From: a virus
Taxonomy: Duplodnaviria > Caudoviricetes
Length of the DNA: 64,000 nucleotides
Direction: 5' to 3' (one strand)
IMG/VR virus record: IMGVR_UViG_3300037067_015585
Location: 96,001 to 160,000 of that record
The translations under genes were made by a program, and so were the position numbers. Each line of letters starts with the position of its first letter. The stretch's first letter is position 1. The notes beneath the pieces were generated by a model. That model did no database searches. It had not been told where the DNA came from and worked only from the letters and a program-made list of their open reading frames with translations. Below are positions 1-9,999 of this stretch, one piece after another.

Positions 1-263
1 TTTACATCTTTAGATTCCTTATAAACTACACGAACCGGCTTTACTGCTTGACGAGATGTTTTGAGTTTTAATGGTGGTGGTATTATTTGCTTATCTTGAC
101 TAATATTAACTAGATACCCCTTTGATCCTACACCGCTCTTATTAACATAACGATCAAAAAATTCTGGTAGCCTTACGCGACGACCCCTACGGATATGTAC
201 AGTATTGCCATCTGGTCCGACTAAGTATAAATCGTGCGGGTGCGGATTCATGTATTCTGGCAT
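1..263 (-). CDS. hypothetical protein (runs off window edge)
   Basis: ATG at 263, open frame MPEYMNPHPHDLYLVGPDG... to position 1, directly downstream of 266..772. Confidence 0.6.
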   Translation of the reverse strand, partial: MPEYMNPHPHDLYLVGPDGNTVHIRRGRRVRLPEFFDRYVNKSGVGSKGYLVNISQDKQIIPPPLKLKTSRQAVKPVRVVYKESKDV

Positions 264-265
264 AA

Positions 266-772
266 TCACTTCCAAACATTGTGCAATTCAGTTTTCAGCT
301 GATCTAATGTTCCATTGTTTCGAATTACTAAAAATGAATCACAAGATTTTTTATATTTTGGTAGTGATACTTTGAATCTATTAGTATAATCACAAAGTAA
401 TGATTCTGTCATTTTAGGATCGCGAGCCAGACACAAACTAATATTAGATTGCACAAATAGCAAAACAACTTTGTGCATTGCAGCCTTCGCATCAACAATT
501 AATGTTAAAAGAGTAGTATATTTAGAATTGCAACTATCTAATACTATGGTTTCGCGTGGTGGAACCTGTTCGATTGCTTCTTTGCATTTTTCAATCGCCA
601 TAGACCAGCACTCTATATTGAATGCACGCTGGCTTTCTACATCGAGTGACGATAAATTTTCAGGAATCCAATCAGATGGTCTAATGATATGCCATTGACC
701 ATCTGATTTAGATAAAAAATCTATTGCTCTTGATTTGCCTGATTTGGGGAGCCCCGCTACTATAAGAAGCAT
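266..772 (-). CDS. P-loop kinase (AAA_33 / polynucleotide-kinase-like)
   Basis: Walker A GLPKSGKS, IVLDSCN Walker-B-like segment, CLARD lid motif. Confidence 0.7.
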   Translation of the reverse strand: MLLIVAGLPKSGKSRAIDFLSKSDGQWHIIRPSDWIPENLSSLDVESQRAFNIECWSMAIEKCKEAIEQVPPRETIVLDSCNSKYTTLLTLIVDAKAAMHKVVLLFVQSNISLCLARDPKMTESLLCDYTNRFKVSLPKYKKSCDSFLVIRNNGTLDQLKTELHNVWK

Positions 773-789
773 TATATTGCCTTATATTG

Positions 790-1380
790 TTATTGTGATG
801 GTATTCCAACATAAAGCGGCACCGGGCTACCATCTATTTCAGTGAACCTCGATCTACTTGGCTTTATTATAGTGCCACTACTAAATTGCTCAATATGATT
901 GCTAATTTGTTCTAAAATCTGCTCAGACATCACATCGACTTTTAATACCTTTTGTGTATCAAAAGTCTTACCAAATACATCTCTGATCATACCTGGCCCA
1001 AGGAACTTATTCAAACTTAATCTAATATCAACTAATACTGGGCTCCCAGTGTCTAAGGCAAAATAATAGATCGCTTTTTTTACACCAACTGCATGTGAAA
1101 TTGCAACTAATCGTCCGGCTTGACTCTTAAGAAAATCAGTAGCAATCAATGATAATGGATCTGATGCACTTGCTAGATCTATAGTATTACCATTCCAATC
1201 ACCCATTGATACTGAAACATCGCCATTGTCACTATGCGATATCAAACAACTAATGCCTACGTTTTGATAATATTTAACGACATAGCATAACATTCCAGTT
1301 ATCAAAGCCACATTTGATAGTGGTTCTGGGTGTGGTAGTATAACTGGGACGAGTTTAGATGTACCAGACTGTGTTCCCAT
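790..1380 (-). CDS. hypothetical protein
   Basis: 196-aa ORF in tightly packed operon; weak ligase-like motifs (VLVDIR, GTIIKP). Confidence 0.6.
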   Translation of the reverse strand: MGTQSGTSKLVPVILPHPEPLSNVALITGMLCYVVKYYQNVGISCLISHSDNGDVSVSMGDWNGNTIDLASASDPLSLIATDFLKSQAGRLVAISHAVGVKKAIYYFALDTGSPVLVDIRLSLNKFLGPGMIRDVFGKTFDTQKVLKVDVMSEQILEQISNHIEQFSSGTIIKPSRSRFTEIDGSPVPLYVGIPSQ

Positions 1381-1666
1381 CTACATGCTGCTGGATATAC
1401 CAGCGTCCTCGTTTGTTGTTGCGAATATCATTTAAATCGAAAATATAAACGCCCTTCTGCATTTCCGCCTCATTCATGGTAAACAATAATCGTGGAGTCC
1501 CTTCGAAGATTATTGACAATTTACCACTCTTAACATCATAATTATTTATTGTGCCAAACCAAGTTCTAAACCAACCAGACCATACAACAAAATCGGCATA
1601 TCGCGGTGTCCAAGTAGCTATTGCCTTATATGTTGCTAATGGTGGTAGTTCTACTTCTCGTGGCAT
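1355..1666 (-). CDS. hypothetical protein
   Basis: 103-aa ORF, TAATG coupling to the upstream gene. Confidence 0.6.
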   Translation of the reverse strand: MPREVELPPLATYKAIATWTPRYADFVVWSGWFRTWFGTINNYDVKSGKLSIIFEGTPRLLFTMNEAEMQKGVYIFDLNDIRNNKRGRWYIQQHVDGNTVWYI

Positions 1667-2175
1667 TATTGTTCTTTCTTAAATCTGGTTAGTTTATGTA
1701 CGAATATGTCGTACCTATACGTAAAACCGTCAGATAAGTCCCATTGAATGAAATGACCATGGCGATAACCACCAAGCACCCTGTCGATAACCGGATCAAT
1801 CGACGTAAAACTGCTTTCTGATATCACTAATGGCGATTTCATCTTTTTACCATTGACGTCAACAGATCCCATTTGATCAGCTATTTTTTCATAAGCATCT
1901 TCGCGTTGCTTTATTATGTTGAGCCCATTAGTTAAAATATCACGAGCAGAACTAGTTTTCGTCTTAGTAGACACCTGAAATGTCTTACTTCGATTATCGG
2001 TATCAGTCCCAGTCATATTGATTGATAGAGTCACATCATCTTGCTTGCAATCGAGATTAAGCTTAGCTAAAACACGCTTGATATCGGAGGCTGTTTTTAT
2101 TGATATAGGCTCAAATCGCTGACGGTTCGATTCCGCTTGCTGTCTCCTGGCCATTTCCCTCTCTAAGCTCTCCAT
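1666..2175 (-). CDS. hypothetical protein
   Basis: 169-aa ORF with GGAGG RBS. Confidence 0.65.
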   Translation of the reverse strand: MESLEREMARRQQAESNRQRFEPISIKTASDIKRVLAKLNLDCKQDDVTLSINMTGTDTDNRSKTFQVSTKTKTSSARDILTNGLNIIKQREDAYEKIADQMGSVDVNGKKMKSPLVISESSFTSIDPVIDRVLGGYRHGHFIQWDLSDGFTYRYDIFVHKLTRFKKEQ

Positions 2176-2629
2176 TTATACCTCCGGAGTTATCTACAAT
2201 TTCATCAGCTATATGAAGATTTATGTCGATTGCTGCAACACGACCGTTGTGTACAAGTCTAAATACGCTGTGATATAAATTCGCAAATCCCCACAGAGCT
2301 ATCGCTTTGACAACGGCATTATCACCAGCATTGAGTGACAGATAATCTCCTGGTAAAAAGGCAGAGAAAAACGAAGATGTCCAAAAACTAGTACACCACC
2401 CGCATGATATTAAATCAGATAGCCATCGGCACGTTATTTTTATGATGCCACGTATCGTCTTATTAGTCGGCCACATGACGTGCGCATATTCTTCGTCCAT
2501 CAACGACATTCTAGCTATGAATTGTCGAAATGGTGCGAATATAACTGATGTTGTAATAAGCTCCGCTGTACGCTCTGCCGCTACTGTACAAATCAACCAT
2601 GAACCAATTATGGATACTATTGTTATCAT
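2111..2629 (-). CDS. membrane protein, DUF1360-like
   Basis: Hydrophobic helices plus LISCGWCTSFW (CxWC) motif. Confidence 0.55.
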   Translation of the reverse strand: MITIVSIIGSWLICTVAAERTAELITTSVIFAPFRQFIARMSLMDEEYAHVMWPTNKTIRGIIKITCRWLSDLISCGWCTSFWTSSFFSAFLPGDYLSLNAGDNAVVKAIALWGFANLYHSVFRLVHNGRVAAIDINLHIADEIVDNSGGINGELREGNGQETASGIEPSAI

Positions 2630-2943
2630 ATAAATGTTTTTCTACAACGTGGGCAAGATTTACGATTTCTAATACCACTACCAGATACTATATGTGTTAG
2701 TGGTGCATTACATAATGGACAATTTTTTAAATCTTTTAATTGTTGCTTTACTTTTATCGCAGTATTATTTTGAGTAGCGACTACAATCTTCGTTGTAGCA
2801 GTTGGGCGTAATACTGGAATCTGCGATGGTTTCGCGATTAATTTAGATTGACGGTTAGCTTGCTGGTTGACTTGCTGATTAACAACCCTACTTTGCATCG
2901 CCCTGGCTGCTTTATTACCACCACCACATGCGCCACATGCCAT
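2626..2943 (-). CDS. small zinc-ribbon protein
   Basis: N-terminal CGAC, C-terminal CPLC...CPRC. Confidence 0.55.
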   Translation of the reverse strand: MACGACGGGNKAARAMQSRVVNQQVNQQANRQSKLIAKPSQIPVLRPTATTKIVVATQNNTAIKVKQQLKDLKNCPLCNAPLTHIVSGSGIRNRKSCPRCRKTFI

Positions 2944-3043
2944 TATGCTCTCGCCTTTCTAACTCCGATGCGTTGGATGTGTACCTTATTTTGTGTTTGT
3001 GGATCTTGTTTTCTTACCTGAATTGCTTGCCCTGGTTGTCTGA

Positions 3044-3745
3044 TTACGACAGGGCCACTTGCTCTCGCAACTCTAACCGGCTTTCTATTTCCACATCCAC
3101 CGCATGCCATGATTCACCGAAGAAAAAGGAGTCTGGATTAACATTATCGGCAAAATCGTTCCAATTGCAGATATAACATGGTGACAACTGCAATGGGACA
3201 ATTATCTCATTCTTCCTATTTTTGGTGTGGCTTATATTGAATGAAACCGGTCCACAATATGCATAATAATCGAAATATAAATGTGGAAACCACAGCCTAC
3301 TCTGCGTCAAATTATTCTTCTTATCCCTAAGAAAGCTTAATGCCGTAGCATCAAACACAATCCAATCACAGCTTGGATGTGGCTTGAAGAATACTATTGG
3401 TTTAATGTCTAAACCTAGTGCTTTTGATACTAGAGAAGCATCATAACTACTCTGGTGATACCAACTCGACATCTTGCAAGTATTAACACCATTAAGAAGA
3501 GAAGTTAAAGTAAAACCCTTCCCTTTTTTAGCTTCAAGATTAAAACGACATCTATTTTTTGTATCAGCAGGAACTACATCTCCTGTGAGATCACGCAAAA
3601 CTGTATCTGATTCTCTGCCCTCAACCCTTCGTCGTCGAAATTCCCTTCCAGACCATTCAGTCAATAGCTTTGCTACTCTACGCTCATGACATTTCGCCGT
3701 CGCCACGTTCGACTTCCCGATCTGACTCGCTGTCTTCGCCATCAT
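3044..3745 (-). CDS. PD-(D/E)xK nuclease, Hjc-like Holliday junction resolvase
   Basis: HERRVAKLL helix, GDVV and LEAKK catalytic motifs; replication-module context. Confidence 0.65.
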   Translation of the reverse strand: MMAKTASQIGKSNVATAKCHERRVAKLLTEWSGREFRRRRVEGRESDTVLRDLTGDVVPADTKNRCRFNLEAKKGKGFTLTSLLNGVNTCKMSSWYHQSSYDASLVSKALGLDIKPIVFFKPHPSCDWIVFDATALSFLRDKKNNLTQSRLWFPHLYFDYYAYCGPVSFNISHTKNRKNEIIVPLQLSPCYICNWNDFADNVNPDSFFFGESWHAVDVEIESRLELREQVALS

Positions 3746-4598
3746 TATTCTCTATAGGGATAGTGAATTGTTTAAATCTGCCACCAAGCCTATTATGCTC
3801 AGTGACAAATCCACCAACCTTATATTTACGAGCCAGGTTGAATAATTCATTCTTATCATAAACCGGCTGTGTATCTAATACTCTCTGAACATACAATTGG
3901 TTCTTGAGTAATTCTGGACATAATGATAAGTCTATCAAAAACATATTCCTGACAAATAATTGTATCCCTACACGTGCAAGAAATTCAGCTCTCTCTTTAC
4001 TCGATTTGGCCATAGCAGTACTCTTAACCGGCCCAATTCCTACATACCCATTTATCATATCAGATTTATCACCGCACAATGCCTTTTGGATTACTGGATC
4101 GTAATCAGTAACTGGCATAAATGTCTCGTGCATAGGCTCGAAGCATTTAACGTGTGACATCCTAAACGCCAATTGCTTATAATCACTATCAGACGAACAT
4201 ACGACTATTGGAGATGGGGCTAAAACCTTACAGGTCGCATATATCAAATCATCTGCTTCCATGCGATCTTTACTAAATTGCCTGCAACCAAGATATGAGA
4301 ACATCGCTTTCGCTGCGATTTGTGTACTAATTAGCTCATCTTTAATATCGACAGCATATTTATCTGGCTTGTCTTTGTAACCAGGAAATATCTTCATTCG
4401 CCACAAGGTCGATCGTTTAGCATCCCAAAAAACATTAATGCTTTCTGGTCTAAAACGATCGATCCAACTACACATAAAACGCAACATTATCGTAAATGGA
4501 TGCTGATGTTGGAATTGTGCAGATGGCTTTCTACTCGCGAAGATAGCACGATACATTAGATTCCTACCATCTACCAATAGCGTGCATTTCTTGCTCAT
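3684..4598 (-). CDS. 5'-3' exonuclease / flap endonuclease (T4 RNase H / Pol I N-domain like)
   Basis: LLVDGRNLMYR, YK, EADDLI, SSDSDYKQL, GDKSDMINGYVGIGP motifs. Confidence 0.9.
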   Translation of the reverse strand: MSKKCTLLVDGRNLMYRAIFASRKPSAQFQHQHPFTIMLRFMCSWIDRFRPESINVFWDAKRSTLWRMKIFPGYKDKPDKYAVDIKDELISTQIAAKAMFSYLGCRQFSKDRMEADDLIYATCKVLAPSPIVVCSSDSDYKQLAFRMSHVKCFEPMHETFMPVTDYDPVIQKALCGDKSDMINGYVGIGPVKSTAMAKSSKERAEFLARVGIQLFVRNMFLIDLSLCPELLKNQLYVQRVLDTQPVYDKNELFNLARKYKVGGFVTEHNRLGGRFKQFTIPIENNDGEDSESDREVERGDGEMS

Positions 4599-4612
4599 TT
4601 TATCCTCGTGGT

Positions 4613-4652
4613 AAAAAACAAGGCGAGAGAGATAATATCTCTCTCGCCTTGT
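4613..4652 (-). terminator. intrinsic terminator after SSB gene
   Basis: Long perfect inverted repeat ACAAGGCGAGAGAGAT...ATCTCTCTCGCCTTGT followed by a U-tract on the minus strand. Confidence 0.8.
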
Positions 4653-4673
4653 GCGGAATTACTAATGCGATCT

Positions 4674-5900
4674 CTAGCCGTTGAGTTCGTCTAATAGACG
4701 ATCAACTTCACTATCAGCATCGCTGCCACCCTCTGATTCGCTAACAGGCGATTCACCAGCCAATTCATCAGTAGCTTCAGATTCGAGTTCTGGTTCTGAT
4801 TCAATCTCAGGTTCATCCTCAATCTCTGCCTCAAGCTCTGGCTCTGGCTTAGCAGCCGGTTTGGTGGCTGGTTTAGCTACAGCGGGCTTAGCGGCAGCAG
4901 GTTTGGCAGCCGGTTTGGTGGCTGGTTTAGCTACAGCGGGCTTAACGGCAGCCGGTTTGGTGGCGGGTTTAGCTACGGGCTTAGCAACTGGCTCCGGAGT
5001 CTCAACTTCTGTGGTCTCGACTTCAATGCTCTCGACAACATCGTCGATCTCAGCATCCTCATCACGATCAAATCCACCAGATGATGCATTTGCCTTAGCC
5101 GAGGCACGGCCACTCAAAGCTGCCGCAACACGCGCGACTTCTTCAAGATCAACAGTCGGCATCTTCTCCCACAAATTGTGTCGCTTAGAGAGAATTGTCT
5201 TGATCCGCTTCAGATCAGCTTTTTTCGTCTCTTTGTCAACAGCAATCGGCCTAGCACCGCCAGTGGTCAAGAACTTCGATTTCTTGTAGCTATTCATTTG
5301 ACCGTCCCTGGTCACTTCAAGCTGAAATTGATATGCTTTGTTTTCGTCAAAGAACACACCAAACGGCATCAGTTCGTCAGGATCGCCACCGTCATCGTCG
5401 CGATACAGGCATTCGAGCCAAGTATCAACGATCGTCTTCGGAGCATTGTACCAAAGAACCTTCCCACGAACTTCTTCTGGGTTTGTCTCAACCGGCGGGA
5501 AATAAATGTTGACAAGATGATATTGACCAGGTAGTAAATCCTTGCCAATTTGGGATCGCTTCTTCTTGCCTTCTTCGCTGCTTCCATCGATCTCTGACAT
5601 TAGATCGAAACCATATTCGCAAATAGCACAATCTTCCTCATTAATAACTCGAGGACAGCCGATGCGTTTATTGTCAATGTAATGCGATCCATTTGGAATC
5701 GCAAACAATTCCATATCACGCTCGCATGTTATTTTACCTTCATTGCAGGCATCTCCAACTGCAAGAGGCGGTAAAACATAAAATCTGAATTTCACGCTTT
5801 GTCCAGCGTCAACTTTCGGTGCACGAAATTCAGTTGGGTCTTTACCCTTCTTCATTTTGGCTCTTACTTGAGACCTAATCTTTTCAATATCATATCCCAT
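4674..5900 (-). CDS. single-stranded DNA-binding protein, T4 gp32-like
   Basis: H...CP...C-x2-C zinc-site pattern, acidic tail ending DRLLDELNG, replication context; contains KPAA repeats. Confidence 0.7.
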   Translation of the reverse strand: MGYDIEKIRSQVRAKMKKGKDPTEFRAPKVDAGQSVKFRFYVLPPLAVGDACNEGKITCERDMELFAIPNGSHYIDNKRIGCPRVINEEDCAICEYGFDLMSEIDGSSEEGKKKRSQIGKDLLPGQYHLVNIYFPPVETNPEEVRGKVLWYNAPKTIVDTWLECLYRDDDGGDPDELMPFGVFFDENKAYQFQLEVTRDGQMNSYKKSKFLTTGGARPIAVDKETKKADLKRIKTILSKRHNLWEKMPTVDLEEVARVAAALSGRASAKANASSGGFDRDEDAEIDDVVESIEVETTEVETPEPVAKPVAKPATKPAAVKPAVAKPATKPAAKPAAAKPAVAKPATKPAAKPEPELEAEIEDEPEIESEPELESEATDELAGESPVSESEGGSDADSEVDRLLDELNG

Positions 5901-5909
5901 GTGATTCTC

Positions 5910-6431
5910 CTAGGTTAATCTACCAGATTGTTCTTTTTCTTGACGTTTAAATCCAGCTAACGACCGACAATGCTCGGATCGTAGTTTGATCGCTTCAACC
6001 ATGTGATATACTTTCCCACAATTCCTCTGCAATATAGCGAGCTCTGCCTCATTTTTTACTAAATCGTTATCACCCTCAATCAGGCCATTTAACTGTTTGT
6101 CTGTTAGTTTTGTGCCTTGAGCCTTAAATTCTGCAACAACCTTACGTACTACAGAATTCCGGCGAGATTTCATCTTCAATTCTTGGATAGCAGTTGCGCA
6201 TCTAAGTTCGCTATAGATAGCGGCCCAATAGATGTATTGTGCAGGAATCTGCTCATGCTGTTCTTCTAGTATGTCAAAATTGATATCTATATCATCAACC
6301 AGATTGATTTCAACGACAGACCCATTTTGTAGTTTGATACTAAACTTAAATAGAGAACTGTCAGCCAACTCAGATGGCACGTGATCTTGGAACCACTTTG
6401 GCATACCATTTTTTGTGTCGTTGTCTTCCAT
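5910..6431 (-). CDS. UvsY-like recombination mediator (putative)
   Basis: Helical/coiled-coil 173 aa next to SSB and near RecA; size and pattern like UvsY. Confidence 0.45.
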   Translation of the reverse strand: MEDNDTKNGMPKWFQDHVPSELADSSLFKFSIKLQNGSVVEINLVDDIDINFDILEEQHEQIPAQYIYWAAIYSELRCATAIQELKMKSRRNSVVRKVVAEFKAQGTKLTDKQLNGLIEGDNDLVKNEAELAILQRNCGKVYHMVEAIKLRSEHCRSLAGFKRQEKEQSGRLT

Positions 6432-6450
6432 AATCGATCAATCAAATACA

Positions 6451-7647
6451 TCAGTTATTATGTTTAAATCTGTCTACATCGAGATAGACACCACATTCTT
6501 TCCAATTACACCAATGGGTGCCAATATTAACGCGCACCGGAAAAATTGGGTCATCGTCAAGCACTCCAGAAAAAGGTCTACACATCATATTAGCTATAGA
6601 GCGGATCGTTGACTTTACAGAATTCTTGTTGCACGCTACTGTTATAGAATCATGCGTCTCAACAAGTAACCTATGATGTGCTTCCCACACTTTCCTGATA
6701 GTAAGCTGCATTGCCTGTGCTATAGACCCCTGCATTGTTGAATTGAAGGCAGATCGCGGCTTTTCAGCGTTGAAAAATTCTCTTCCCAGGATACTCGATA
6801 TTGGGCAACCATTGTCGAGTTTATCTTTTTGTATGATCATCCAATTACGCAGGTCGGGAAACATTTGAAAAAATGGGTGGTCAATATCTATTGAATTGAT
6901 AGCACGCAACAGCATAATTTTACATTCTTTTCTCGGAACATCAACCATCATCTCTGACAGTTTTAAATAAGGGTCGGATTCCAATGACATCTTATTTAAA
7001 TTCTTATCGCCACTTAAAATTGCTGCTATGCGTATATCGGCGGCTCTCCAGTCGAAATTCAGAAGATAATCAGATTGGTTGCCACGTGGGTCTGTAATAA
7101 AATCGGCATTGGTAGTACCTTGCAAATTAAAACCGGTGTTCTTGCTTCTACCACTGACTGTGCGATGAGTCCATTTTGGATATTTATGAAATCCGCCAGC
7201 TATGATCCCATTACGTTCTAAACTTTCGTAGACTACTGACGCATTAGCAAATATTTTTTGCCAATCATATAATCTTTGCTCTTGTAACTCATCGAGTATA
7301 TTATTGATCGTTGATGTCGCTTCTTCCAGGGTCCCCGGTATTTTTGGGAGTGGTCGAACAACATCATAAATGTTCAGCCGTTCTTTTGGTAGCGTAAAAT
7401 GAAAACCTGTCAGAATCGACTTAAAATCGTTAGTGACAATTGTTCTCTCACTAAGCAGTGATTTCTCAATCCATTTGTATAGCTTACTAACAGATTTATC
7501 GATATCATAGATACTCCTGCCAGTACCAGGAAAGAATAATGGGATAATGGCATCACGACCAGATGATCTGATGCCAGCAATCGTCGGCCTAAGCCTTCTA
7601 TCGAACAACGCACAGAAATAATCGACAGATTTGTTAGCCAAGACCAT
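6451..7647 (-). CDS. compact family A DNA polymerase domain
   Basis: SGRSKN..NLQ, motif A DWRAADIR..AILSGD, motif B RKECK, MQGS, motif C HDS. Confidence 0.8.
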   Translation of the reverse strand: MVLANKSVDYFCALFDRRLRPTIAGIRSSGRDAIIPLFFPGTGRSIYDIDKSVSKLYKWIEKSLLSERTIVTNDFKSILTGFHFTLPKERLNIYDVVRPLPKIPGTLEEATSTINNILDELQEQRLYDWQKIFANASVVYESLERNGIIAGGFHKYPKWTHRTVSGRSKNTGFNLQGTTNADFITDPRGNQSDYLLNFDWRAADIRIAAILSGDKNLNKMSLESDPYLKLSEMMVDVPRKECKIMLLRAINSIDIDHPFFQMFPDLRNWMIIQKDKLDNGCPISSILGREFFNAEKPRSAFNSTMQGSIAQAMQLTIRKVWEAHHRLLVETHDSITVACNKNSVKSTIRSIANMMCRPFSGVLDDDPIFPVRVNIGTHWCNWKECGVYLDVDRFKHNN

Positions 7648-7651
7648 TATG

Positions 7652-8056
7652 TTATACGAAATATGTTGGCTTCGGTTTCTCTTTACTACCAGCGCGCAGT
7701 TTATCGACTAAATCTGACTTGTCACTGTCAGTGCGCATATAGCCATATGGGTCATTGTTCTGTAGCTGGTGCAGTGCCATATCTCTTTGCAATGCGGCAG
7801 CGTTTTTCTTCTTATACTCACGCCAGTCACCGCCACGGATTCTAATGTCTATGCTCGTCCCGAGAAACGTTTTATCTGTGTGATTCTTGCCGCACAACGG
7901 ACACTTGGTTTTTTCCTTCAAATCGGCAGCAGTCGGATTCATACTATGTGAAACTTCAAATATGAATTCGAAATGCTCCTCGTCCGTAAGCTCTCTTCCA
8001 AGCATCTTTTCCTTGACGGCTACACAATCATTGCAAGTATAATTATATAACGGCAT
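7652..8056 (-). CDS. FmdB-family zinc-ribbon protein
   Basis: MPLYNYTCNDC...CPLCG signature. Confidence 0.7.
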   Translation of the reverse strand: MPLYNYTCNDCVAVKEKMLGRELTDEEHFEFIFEVSHSMNPTAADLKEKTKCPLCGKNHTDKTFLGTSIDIRIRGGDWREYKKKNAAALQRDMALHQLQNNDPYGYMRTDSDKSDLVDKLRAGSKEKPKPTYFV

Positions 8057-8070
8057 TACAATCTCGCTTA

Positions 8071-8472
8071 TTACTTGGCGTCAGCACCGACAACGACAAC
8101 AGAGTCGCCGGGCACCTTGGCCAAGATATTGTTATATCGTATCAGCAAAACCTGAGATTTGCCATAGAAAGGATAAATACCACTCAGATCACAAATTACT
8201 TGCTTTGGCACAAATTTAACCATGCTGCCGACAACAAATACTGAACTAATGGCATCATCGACAAGTGGACCAAGACCAACAACTATACCGATCGTCGTTT
8301 CTGCGTCCGGTATGATAATGCTGTTTGATTTTTGGGAAGCGATCGGCGTGATTGCTACATAGTCGCCACCAACAATAATCGGAGTTACTTGGTAGCTTCC
8401 AGATTGTGGTTGGACCACTTCGACATTTGATATAAATGATCTACTCAACAAAGCTTCTTCTGTTTTCGTCAT
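8071..8472 (-). CDS. co-chaperonin GroES/Cpn10-like
   Basis: GDYVAI, SIIIPD mobile loop, GIVVGLGP, VGSMVKF, LLIRYNNILA. Confidence 0.7.
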   Translation of the reverse strand: MTKTEEALLSRSFISNVEVVQPQSGSYQVTPIIVGGDYVAITPIASQKSNSIIIPDAETTIGIVVGLGPLVDDAISSVFVVGSMVKFVPKQVICDLSGIYPFYGKSQVLLIRYNNILAKVPGDSVVVVGADAK

Positions 8473-8507
8473 GATTATTCCTGTGGTTTGTGTAAATCTT
8501 AAAATAC

Positions 8508-9938
8508 TTATATACGATCATCAATTTCCATGATCGCCATTTTGTCATAAAACACATTGGTAGTGATTGGAACAAACTTTGGACCATTACGATTTTTAGC
8601 GATCCAAAGCCTAATGGTAGACCCAGCCTTGGGGTTCAACTCGCCTCTTCGATATTCCTCTTCAGTTTGATTCAAACTAACAACATAATCAACTGGCATA
8701 GCCTTACCAAAGCTTTCTGCAGCCTTATCTAAGTCGATATGTACTGGTGCTGCTGGTGCGCCTTGTGGGCCATTATTTGGTTGTTTATCATTCTTTGCAC
8801 CACTCCGATTGGTTTGTGTTGCAGTATAAACCAATACCTTTTCGTTTTTTGCTAGTCCACGTATTTCTGTTGCAGTGCTTTTTTGTCTTGTGTAGTCGCC
8901 TTCACTATTACTATAACTATGTCGGCTTTGCATCAGTTCGAGATAATCAAGAACAACTACTTTCGGCGACCATCCCTTCATCTTGCGAACTGTTGTGATT
9001 ATATTATATATATCATTGACACTACATTCATCTGGTGGCAATTCATAAATAACTAAATCGCCCTTGTTCTTTTCTCTTTCTTTTTGAACGACATTGCGTA
9101 CTTTATCCTGCGTATGACGTATTTCATACTGCTCATCATCAGCTAATGTTGATATATTAGCACGTGAGAATTTATTTATTGGCGTCATCGACATACGAGC
9201 AGCCAACCGTGTTGCCGTTTTAAATGCAGATAATTCAAAAGTTACAAATAAAACATTGTGTCCGTCTTGTAAAGCAGCGTTTGCTACATTAACTAATGTC
9301 AACGTCTTCCCAACGCCAGTCGGTGCAAGAAATATTAACACTTCACCAGGAGATGGACCACCATCATTTAACTTCTCGTCAAGACCAGGAAAACCTGTTT
9401 TTATATGTTCTATAGCGGTATCTTCAAATATTTCGTTTATCTGATCAAAAAACCAGAATCCCTGCTGCCCGACGGTACTGATACTTGAAGCAGAATCAAT
9501 AACCTTTCGTAAAAAATCGTAATCTTTGCGCTCATATGCTGCTGCTGCTTCGTCTGTAAACAGTTGAGCATATGATTTATATTCAACCCATTCACGCAGC
9601 ATCTTACTTAATATTGGAGCTTCTCTTGGGTCGGATGGCTTATCGACAATAGCTAATATATCCTCATAAGGATCATCAACAGTTAATTGTTTAGATAATC
9701 GGTCGTGTAATAATCCGCGTGTGGGTAGGATACCGAATTTTTCGTAATCCTGGCTAAGTGCAGCAATTACAAATTTTACCTCTGGTCTAGTAAACAAATC
9801 GGCAGTAATATACTTCGACATCGAAACAAACAACTCTGGGAAATCAAGAATCAGCGATATAACGCCAGGTTCTGAGTTTGGACCAAACGGCGTTTGTACT
9901 ACCTCTTGCCCTGATTGATCTTGTAAAGCCTGTATCAT
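8508..9938 (-). CDS. replicative helicase, DnaB/T4 gp41-like
   Basis: APTGVGKT, FELS, VVLDYLELM, TATQTNR, AKNRNG. Confidence 0.9.
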   Translation of the reverse strand: MIQALQDQSGQEVVQTPFGPNSEPGVISLILDFPELFVSMSKYITADLFTRPEVKFVIAALSQDYEKFGILPTRGLLHDRLSKQLTVDDPYEDILAIVDKPSDPREAPILSKMLREWVEYKSYAQLFTDEAAAAYERKDYDFLRKVIDSASSISTVGQQGFWFFDQINEIFEDTAIEHIKTGFPGLDEKLNDGGPSPGEVLIFLAPTGVGKTLTLVNVANAALQDGHNVLFVTFELSAFKTATRLAARMSMTPINKFSRANISTLADDEQYEIRHTQDKVRNVVQKEREKNKGDLVIYELPPDECSVNDIYNIITTVRKMKGWSPKVVVLDYLELMQSRHSYSNSEGDYTRQKSTATEIRGLAKNEKVLVYTATQTNRSGAKNDKQPNNGPQGAPAAPVHIDLDKAAESFGKAMPVDYVVSLNQTEEEYRRGELNPKAGSTIRLWIAKNRNGPKFVPITTNVFYDKMAIMEIDDRI

Positions 9939-9999
9939 ATAAAAGCCTTGAGACTTTGTTGTGTTCGGTTTATTTCCCGAACTTCAATACGTCTCATTA

